Origin: Octopus bimaculoides
Lineage: Eukaryota
Length of the DNA stretch: 60,891 bases
Reading direction: 5' to 3'
Assembly (NCBI RefSeq): GCF_001194135.2
Contig: NC_068981.1
Span: forward strand, 75,015,694-75,076,584
In this document: positions 52,112 to 60,891 of the stretch, in pieces
How positions within the stretch are numbered: the stretch's first letter is position 1
Layout of the letters: each line of letters starts with the position of its first letter
Program-made: the position numbers and the translations under genes
Notes under the pieces: generated by a model
Databases searched by the model: none
What the model saw: the letters and a program-made list of their open reading frames with translations, nothing else
What the model was told of the DNA's origin: nothing

Positions 52112-52328
52112 CTTTCCTAATATAGGCACAAGACATGAAATGTTGGCGGGGGGCGGGCAGTCTATTAGATCGACCACAGTACACATCAGGTGCTTAATTT
52201 ATCGACCCCGAAAAGATGAAAGCAAAGTCCACCTCGGCAGAATTTGAACTCAGAACGTAAAGACAGACGAAATACCGCTAAGCATTTTGCCCAGCGTGCT
52301 AACGATTCTGCCAGCTCGCTGCCTTTAA
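52112..52328 (-). mobile_element. SINE family B, full length, with 13-bp TSD (1 mismatch)
   Basis: CTGTCGCAATATA at 52099-52111 and CTGTCACAATATA at 52329-52341. Confidence 0.9.
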
Positions 52329-52420
52329 CTGTCACAATATAGAAACATTTCTCAGCACACAATTTACAGATGCCTACATTTTTATATTTTCCTTGAAGTT
52401 TTCACGTAGTTCAGCTAGTT

Positions 52421-52467
<47 letters not shown>

Positions 52468-52483
52468 TATTATTATTATTATT

Positions 52484-52635
52484 AAGTTAGCGAGCTGACA
52501 GGACTGTTAGCGCGACGGACAAAATGCTCAGCGGCATTTTTGGCTTTACGTTCAAATTGTGGCCGAGGTTAGCTTTGTCCTTTCAGGGTCGATAAAATAA
52601 GTATCTATAGATCACTGGAACCTTGTGCCTATAGT
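52484..52635 (+). mobile_element. SINE family B, decayed, after a (CAT)n/(TAT)n run
   Basis: GCGAGCTGACAGGACTGTTAGC..AAATGCTCAGCGGCATTT..CAGGGTCGATAAAATAAGTA. Confidence 0.7.
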
Positions 52636-53169
52636 ATTTTTTATCGTCGCCGTTGGTGTTTCTTTTACACATGTCTTTCTCTTCGCCTAGACTCTCAATT
52701 CTACTTCAAACTAAAACTACAATGTTGTTTGGAATACTTCCCGAATTGTTACCTGTAAATTTTGTTCCCGATACGTGGCGATAGACAACAACGGGATATG
52801 TTTAGAGATTTTATATTTTATATCCTTTTGGGTACCCCTCGTATATTAATTTGAGAGTGGCTGTTCCATTCTTTGTTTTTTTTTTTAAATGTTGATACTC
52901 TTATCGTTCAAAATATCCCATACTACGTAAAAATATATAATACGTGTCGTTACTGAACTAGCGCGCAAAACAAATGAACATACAAAACAAAAAATCATAC
53001 GACGGAATAAATAAATAATTTAAGAATAAAAAATAATGATTGTGTAGAGGAATGTTTGATAGAAAATGAAATGGTCTCAAATATTTTAACACATATTTTG
53101 AACGACAACTGTATCAACATATAAAAACCCAAAGAAAACAAAAATGGAACAGTCGTCCACAAATTAATA

Positions 53170-54349
53170 TACGAGGGGGTACCCAAAATAACCGGAAACG
53201 TTCTCTGTGTGACAAGCCCATTGTAATTCAGGCTTCCGCCGCTGAAAGCCACTTGATGCGACCCTGGGACAGCAGTCTGCCGACTGGCGTCGGGTCTTCA
53301 TACCGTGCTATCACGTGGTGCGGCTTTCATTTGCAGTGCTTCTCCCCTGTTCGTCGAATGTTGCTATGTCTTAAACGAAGTGACAGCGTGCTTCCATGAA
53401 ATTTTGCTTTCTATTGGGGAAAACGGTGGCCGAAACAGTTGTTATGCTTCAAACAGTTTACAAGGCCGCTGCCATGCGCAAAAAACACAGGTTTACAAGT
53501 AGTTTTCACGCTTTAGAAATGTTCACTTGTCGCTTGAGAACCAGCCTTGTTCAGGGTGACCGTCGACCTCCCGAACGAATAAAAAAAAAACAGCACGAAA
53601 TTTCATGGGTGTGTCCTGGAACTCCTGCCAACAAATTTTGAGCGAGAAATTGCGATTGGAAAGAGTTGTAGCAAAATTTATGCATCGCTTGCACAAGGAA
53701 GACCAACAACAGTCACGATTGAATGCGTGTCGTGAACTGAAAGGCCAGCTGGAAGTTGATCCGGACCTTTATTCAAATGCCATCACTGGTGACGAAAGCT
53801 GGTGCTAAAGCTACGACCCAGAAGCGAAGCAGCAATCAAATCAATGGAACCATTCAATTTCACCACGCCCCCACCCCCAATCAATTCAAGTGAAGCCCAA
53901 TGTTAAGACGTTGCTGATTTGTTTCCTCGATGCGAACAGAATTGCCGACACAGAATTAGTTTCTCCTGGTCCAGCTTTTAACCAGACATTTTACTTGGCA
54001 GTTCTGAAGAGACAGCTTTTGACTAAAAATGGCATGACACCGCATACCCACCCTCCTCATTCGTCCGATCTTGCTTCCTGCGACATTTTTTGTTCTCCTT
54101 AATGAAAAAAAAGTCCTTAAAGGAAAATGTTTTTGCAGATGTTGAAGAGGTGAAGAAAAACACGACGCAGGCGTTAAAAGACGTCACTTCGCAATAGTTG
54201 CAGAACTGCTTCGAACAGTGGAAAACACGTCTGGACCGATGCATTGCTTCAAATAGAGAATACCTTGAAGGTCATATAAGTGTAAACATATAAAACAAAG
54301 TGAATAAAATAATATTGCAAAATTCCGGTTTCTTTGTGGTACTCCGTTA
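53170..54349 (+). mobile_element. Near full-length mariner (Tc1/mariner) transposon, pseudogenised
   Basis: TA termini; degenerate TIRs (GTACC..AACCGGAA); transposase pieces KFCFLLGKTVAET, ITGDESWC*SYDPE, VKTLLICFLD, HPPHSSDLASCD (YSPDLAP-like), CIASNREYLEG; frameshifts, a stop and an internal deletion. Confidence 0.93.
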
Positions 54350-54999
54350 GACGATGTATAAATCAGAGTTCTTATGGAAGTTAATTCTTACATCTGTTGT
54401 CACAGAAATATAGTTTTTAATTTTGCAAATGTCCAAGAATGATAAGTTAGCTCGGCTAATCATACGAAACCAGGCAGTATTCTTTGCTATAGGATCTTAG
54501 CCAAGAAAGAAGAAAGAGAAATAAATGTGATTGTGCTTAAACAGATGACTGTGCATCCCAGTTACTGTCAAAACTGCAGTTGAAAAAAGCACGACAGGAA
54601 ATAGCGGGAGATGTCCACTCGATTAAATGATAGAAGGTTTTTGGTACCCTCTGCTCTTTTAGAATTCATCCAAAACAAAGACTGAAATTGTTAAGAATAT
54701 CTTTGCACATACTCGTGTGCCCTAGTATTTTGGAGACAAAAATGTAAATGTGACCATTTGGGCTCTACGCAGTATGTGTGCATTGTTGGTAAATACTATT
54801 TTTGACTGTCATTGGAATATTACTAAGATATTTTATATAACCTTTTCTTATTATACCTAATGCTCCTTTGATGAGCGGGACTCTTTCCGTTTTAGAGTAA
54901 ATTTTTTCACACTCTCTGCCTGTAAGTATGTTGTATTTGCTTAAGTGTACCGATTCTTTTACCGATATAGATTAATGTAATGAAATAATAATATCAGGT

Positions 55000-55300
55000 A
55001 TTTTGCAGGTTTTATCTTTCCCACTGTTGAGGATGATAGTGGATCAGTGTGCTTGAATTTTCCGTACTCTGCTCTCTGGAAAACACCGAAGTATTGGCTT
55101 ATTATCTTTTTTCATTACTGGCTCTGGATGATGTTCATACAAGTTTTAGTTTGTAGTGATTGCGTATTCGCTTATACCGTCATGACAGTTCAAATATTCA
55201 TTTCGCATTACTATGAAATAAGATGCGCATTGATTTCATCTTATTCTTCACCAAACCTGCATTTTCGGTCTTCACCTTTTCTTAAAATAAGGGCTTGTTA
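55000..55300 (-). mobile_element. Decayed R4/Dong-like LINE fragment
   Basis: KCRFGEE*DEINAHLIS (CCHC remnant), NEYLNCHDGISEY and YEHHPEPVMKKDNKPIL..KTCKIPDI, across frameshifts. Confidence 0.75.
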
Positions 55301-55419
55301 TATATTCTGGTAAGCAAGCTTTCCTATCGTGCTGTCAGTATGGACCATTTTCTTATTGTTTTAATCTTAGACACCTCAACAACTCATGTGTTGTTTTCTG
55401 CTCTACACAGACCGCCGCT

Positions 55420-55560
55420 ATCGCCCCTACCTTCCATCTCATCCTTACGGAGTCGATAAATTAAGTACCACTGAAATACTGGGGTCGATGAAAATCAACT
55501 AATCCCTTCCCCATAAATTTCAGGCCTTGCACCTTTAGTAGGAAGGATTATTATTATCAT
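55420..55560 (+). mobile_element. SINE family B 3' part
   Basis: GTCGATAAATTAAGTACCA..CTGGGGTCGAT..AAATTTCAGGCCTTG. Confidence 0.75.
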
Positions 55561-56782
55561 TATTATTATTGCATGAAAGATTGTGATGGAATAGCTTAAT
55601 ATTACCTTTAACACCAGAGCAGTGGCTCTCAATCTATCGCCCGCGGTATCTACGTGCTGCACATATTTTCAACTTATAAATTAAAGCTTTTTATAATCTA
55701 TGCAATTGTTTAGTTTCTTCACAATCGTGCTATCATGCGGTTATATGCAATTATGATTAGTAAGAAATAATTTCCTACATTATGCAAAGTGTTACAAACA
55801 TTTTGCGTATTATCTCCAGTGAAGAACAAATTCAAAAAACCCGAGAGTTCTGATATAATATAGCAAATTGAGAGTCACTCTTATAGTCGATGTGTATCAT
55901 TTTCAGTTATCGTGAGATATCAAACTTAGTTTTTCCTTTGTTTTAATGTTTCTTTCTTGAAGAAACAAAGATTTTTCAACATTAATATTTAGTAAGCACT
56001 AATATTTGAACGAGCCCAATATGAAGACAAATTGAAAAATTCCATATTATTTAGTCAAAGTTATTAATTGTAAGTTACATCATGGATTCATATCTATAAT
56101 GTGTATTCCTAGTAGAGTGAGAGAATTAGCAGCTATGAGCCAAGAAGAAATATATATTTATTAGAAACTGTCTTGAGAAATGAAAGGTCTTAATGAAAAT
56201 CACTTGTCAAATTTGTCATTGCCGATTACTAATGAGAATACCTAAGCTATAACATTAATATAGTGGCAATTGAATACTGTACAGCAACTAAATACCATGT
56301 ACAAGTTACAAGTTACGCGACTAATTAAATTATTGATACTACATGGACGTAGCAATAACTTGATGCATCAACTAAAATACGTCTATTTGTTTTCATTCAT
56401 TCTTAACAAATTAGACACCGATTTAGATATGTATGCGTGCGTATTCAAATATCATGAATCTCGGAGTTGTTTAGGTCGAAGACAGCTTTGGTCTAACAGA
56501 TATGTAATCGAAAGTATGGTTACTATGCTGTCTTATATTCGGATTTGCTGTAATTAGGACTATACTATCCAGTGTATTCATCCTTTATTTAAATTTAGGG
56601 TAAGATTTCATTGTTATTTCTGGCAAGTTGAAAGTTGAGTTGAGCGAGCACTCAAATGTTCTCTCACTAGGTTCAATATTTATTTATGTGCGGAATTTAA
56701 GTAAAAAATATTGTTAGCTTTATGTCTCAAGTCCTCTCAAAACAGAACTTACTTTTGTAAAACTTACCTCGCGCCAACAAGA

Positions 56783-56843
<61 letters not shown>

Positions 56844-57529
56844 GAGCAGTGCAAGGCTGAACGGGTGTTTGGCTGATAGAAAGAGAAATTAACCAAAGAA
56901 AACAGAAACAACTAGAAGATAGATAACGCCGAGATGAATAATCTCCTTTGTCATGGAATCTTTACATTGCTAACACAAATAAGAAAATTAGACAAGAAAG
57001 CGAGTATTTTATGAGACATTTCTATATAAAATGAAACTGAATTCGGTGATAAAAGCAAAATATCTTCACTTTGTATACGCTATTTATAAGTTTGATAATA
57101 AAAATAATTAAATCCCTTAAAGATTTCTTGAGTAATTTAATTTTTTGTTTGATGGTGACGTTTGCCCCTTTCATCTGTAAAACACAATTGTTTTACTCAC
57201 GATAAATTTAATAAGAATTCGGACAAAAGGGTACTATAGACTTCGTTTACTAGCAAAATAGTTTACTACGCTACAAAATTGTTCATTTGACTTTTAGATG
57301 TTCTTCTTATTTATCCATTTCTATTGATGCTGCTACATCAATCTTTTTAAATACTCAACTATTGCAATAGACTTCATAGTAACGTATTTGAATGTAGATA
57401 TCACGTGCTCGAATGTAAAAGACACTGATTTAATATTACTTTGCCGTACAGGTGCAATAAAAGATCTTAACTGCAGAATATAGCATTATGTCAGCAATTC
57501 TTCAATGTGATCAACATAATATTTGCTCT

Positions 57530-57760
57530 TAGATATTGGTTTCAAATTTTAGCACAAGGCAGCAATTTAAGGTAGAATGGTTGACTACATCGACGCCAGT
57601 GATCAACTGTTACTTATTTTATCGAACCGATAATCATGAAAGTTGACTTCGGCGGAATTTAAACACAGAACTTAATGACGGACGAAATGCCGCCAAGCAT
57701 TCAGCCCGGCGTGGTAACGATTCTGTTCAGCGTGCTAACGATTATGCCAGATCCCCGCTT
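57530..57760 (-). mobile_element. SINE family B, decayed
   Basis: Reverse complement of the family B head and body. Confidence 0.75.
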
Positions 57761-58261
57761 AAATTTGCTCGTAAGTATTACCTGCAGTAATGTTATTGTA
57801 TATCAAATATGAGCGTGATAACTCGCTAGAATAACTATGTGTCAGCATGTTTCTGTATATTCATATAATAGACGTTTTGTTGCTGGGTGCAATATGATCT
57901 CGACTTTCAACAACGCTTCGTTTATACAATGTATCTGAAAATGCAGATGTAATCGATAGATTTTAGAGAGAATTTATGTACTTTAGTGAACTGACGACTT
58001 CAAAACTATAGGTCATTGAAGATTATTTAACGTTTCTTCAATGACCTAACAAGCACTTCAGGGTATTTCAGTCTTTGCTTTCTTGGAAATATATGAAAAA
58101 GAACGGAATTTTTTGATGTACTAAACTTTAGAATGTCTATATAGTATCCATATATATCATATCATATTTATCATATATATAATATATAAAGTTTAAAAAA
58201 CATCGTTCAACTAAATGTTTACATTTAAAATGTATAGAAAACAACAAAACGAAGATAGGTC

Positions 58262-59004
58262 AGAGAACAACAATCAGGTGTATTAGTTTGACGCCCGGGA
58301 GGATTGGAAAAGTCTTTGAAGTTTCGAGCCTATGCTCTTCGACAGAGAGGTAGGATAAGGAAAATGGGAGAGAGAAAGAAAAAGCGAAGAGTGAAAGTAA
58401 AAGCGGGGAGAGAAAGGAAAAGCGAAGAGAGAAAGAAAAATCGGTGAGAGAAAAAATTGTGTTGGGATTAGCTGTTTAACATAGTGAAATGACCGGAACT
58501 GAGTGAAGGAAAGATAATAACGGTGACCTCGTTGAACTGAGATGCAGAAGTATGTGCGAGTATATAAGAATGATGTGTGAGAATATGTAAATGAGGGCGA
58601 ACGTATGTAAATGAATATGTGAGCGAACTTAAAATTATGTGAGCCTGTGTGTGCTTATGGGAGCATGTGTATGTATGTGTATAAGTAAACCAGTGCCTGT
58701 GTTGTGTGGAGTGATGTGAGCTCCATGTATTTATGTATGTATGTATATATGTATGTATGTATGTATGTATGTGTGTACGTATGTATGTATGTATATATGA
58801 AAGTGTATAATATGTGTATATGTATATATGTATATATGTATATGAATGAGTATATATGTGTATAGTACGCGTACGTGACCTATCAAGCGTGTTGTATGTG
58901 TGTAAACGCTTGAGTGTAGCAATTCATATGTGCTTCTTTTAGTAATATGTGTACATCTGTGCGTGTTTGTGTGTGTGTTCATGCATGAAGAGAATTTTTG
59001 TTCC

Positions 59005-59042
<38 letters not shown>

Positions 59043-60770
59043 CCCTAGTGTGTGCATTTGTGACCCTATTGTGTGTGTGTATTGTGTATGTTTATTGCGC
59101 GAAAGCTTTATGTGGTTATGCGTGTTGGTGCATTTGTATATTGTATGTGTATTTTGTGTATTTTGTGTATTTTGTGCGTGTGCAGTGTGTGTTTATTTTA
59201 GTGATAATTGCGTGCTGTGATGGAATGCATGGATGTGCGAGATGGGGAAGAGTGACGAGAATTAGGGGCTGGAAGGTATTGGGTGCTAGTGTATGGGAAG
59301 TAGGAAGGTGTGTGTGAGTGAATATGCATGTGACTGTGTGTGTGTTTGTGTGAATGTGTGAATAATTTTGTGTGAATGTATGCATAATTTTGTGTGATGT
59401 GGATACTGAGCTATACAGTGTGTGTGGATGTTTGTATAATAGTATGTGTAGTGAGGCTACTAAGTTAGGCAGTGTACAGGGGTAGAAGTCGAGGAAAAGA
59501 GTCAGTTAAGGGTAAGAGGTGGGTGTGAACGGATGTAGGGTTGGTTTAGATGAAAATTTGATGTATGAAGACCGTAAGAGTGAAAGGAATGAAGAGAGAA
59601 TACTAATTCTCGTTCATGGCGAACGCGAGAGGCCGGATGGCATCTGTGCAAAGACAGTCCGATGTTGTAGTGAATGACCGGTTGAGCGGATGTGGCACGA
59701 AACTAGAGTGTCATTGCGTGTCTGATATCTCGGAGATGTCCAGTGAGCTGGTCGGCCTTCGACGTCCCGTTTGGCCAATGTAGAAAGAAGAACAGAGGGA
59801 GCAGGAGATACATTAGGTGAAATTGCTGGAAGTGCAGGTAAGTTAGTCGGTGGTGGGTACCAGTGAGAATTGTGTTGTTGGAGAGGTTGGAGCAAGTGTG
59901 ACAAGGGGTGAGTTGAGAAAGATGTGGGAGGTGTAGGGGTCAAACTGGAATCGCCGGAAGGTTCGGAGAATTGTACGTCGGAGGGGTAGGGTGGAATAGT
60001 GGTAGGTTAGGGGAAAGGGAGGCGAGTTGGGTGGGGAGAGTGTGGTTAGAGAAAATAGAAGCACGGTCAACGGATCGTGCTCGGGTGAGGGCAGTTTAGA
60101 TAATGGTGGGGATTTATCACGTAGAGTGGAATGGTGAGTCATGCGTTAAGACTGGGTTTCAAATTCATGGTCGTCACTGCAGAACCAGTGTAGGTGGAGG
60201 AGCTGCGAGTAACAGTACACAGTTTGGTGTGGGTAGGGTAGGAGGAACAGAAATTGAAATTGGAGTGTGAGTTGAATCAGAAACGTCGCGAAAATCAATG
60301 GAAGAGTTGGAAACGGTGCAGAAGAATTCGAAAGCATGATTCAAGGACTGGACGAAGAAGAGAATGGAGTGAAGACGTTCGCAAGGGAGCGAGTTCGTTT
60401 CGATATAACGACCATATACTTCAGGAGTAAGGCCAGTGAACTGCGAGAATATTTGGGCCTCAACATAGCCGACGAACAGGTTCGAATAGTTGGGTAAAAA
60501 TTCCACGCGAACGAGAAGCAGTTGGGAGAGAGGACGAGTTCAGCCAAACGAAGAAGAGTAGACGAGTCGGGTTGAAGATCCGGACGAAGACCAAGAAAGA
60601 GCAAGAAGACCTTCGTTGCGTGGTATCTCAGTGAATAATGATTTAATATCGAGGGTGAATAAGAGCCGTGAGGGCTAGGAGGAAAAAGAAAGAATTGAAT
60701 AAACGGAGAGCATGGTTGGTGTCGTGAATGTGTGAGGAGAGGGAAGCCACTTGGTGGGTGACGACAAAGT
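58262..60770 (-). mobile_element. Neptune/Poseidon-type Penelope-like element (RT, GIY-YIG, TG-rich 3' region, pLTR), decayed
   Basis: LFTLDIKSLFTEIP (RT motif A); TLLRLAELVL; PNYSNLFVGYVE..YGRYI; CSDDHEFETQS; PCHTC; CISCSLCSSFYIGQTGRR (GIY-YIG); terminal block with a hammerhead remnant. Confidence 0.92.
58311..58350 (-). ncRNA. Decayed minimal hammerhead motif in the PLE terminus
   Basis: CUGUCGA-A-GAGC auag GCUC-GAAA-CUUC. Stem II is intact; core position 6, the stem III palindrome and stem I are damaged. Confidence 0.55.
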
Positions 60771-60804
60771 CAAGGTAATATATATATATATATATATTTC
60801 TAAC

Positions 60805-60850
60805 AAAACTGTCCGATGAACGGGAACGTGAAACTCAGAGTAACAGTTTT
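60805..60850 (+). ncRNA. Minimal type I hammerhead ribozyme motif, U4C core
   Basis: AAAACUGU-CCGAUGA-ACG ggaa CGU-GAAA-CUC a GAG-UA-ACAGUUUU. 8-bp stem I, 3-bp stem II with a GNRA loop, near-palindromic stem III, GUA cut after 60842. Confidence 0.82.
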
Positions 60851-60891
60851 TTGTTATATTTCTGCTGCTTTTAAATAAAGTATATATATAT

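Noticed and set aside
55010-55310. 301-nt open plus-strand 'exon' with AG/GT ends (ORF 55047-55313)
   Set aside because: The opposite strand carries R4-LINE motifs (CCHC remnant, HDG, YEHHPE); the plus-strand frame is best explained as antisense of a decayed LINE.

Overview
AT-rich eukaryotic scaffold segment, about 9% N (17 gaps, roughly 5.4 kb, most bordered by microsatellites). The SINE families and very dense CA/TA/TACA/TCTA/AAT microsatellites suggest an octopus (cephalopod) genome; this is inference from my recollection of those repeats. I cannot recognise a host protein-coding gene. The supplied ORFs are microsatellite translations, N-spanning artefacts or pieces of decayed transposons. 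Supported content: several tRNA-derived SINE families; Penelope-like elements (PLEs) of two clades, a Naiad-type element at about 26.9-28.7 kb and a Neptune/Poseidon-type element at about 58.3-60.8 kb; several R4/Dong-like REL-endonuclease LINE fragments, some sitting in (TAA)n arrays; a CRE-clade LINE fragment; a decayed CR1/Jockey-like LINE; one near-full-length mariner, one mariner MITE and one short mariner fragment. The most notable signal is a set of five type I hammerhead-ribozyme motifs, folded by eye, at 283-322, 3669-3774, 26284-26387, 58311-58350 and 60805-60850. Two unrelated ones share a non-canonical CCGAUGA (U4C) core. Two share a palindromic ACAAUUGU stem III and a ~75-nt stem II insert. 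One is an ~85-bp stand-alone cassette flanked by (TA)n. Also notable: a SINE tandem array punctuated six times by the same 15-bp motif, three REL-LINE 3' ends stacked head-to-tail at trinucleotide arrays, and two fold-back structures.
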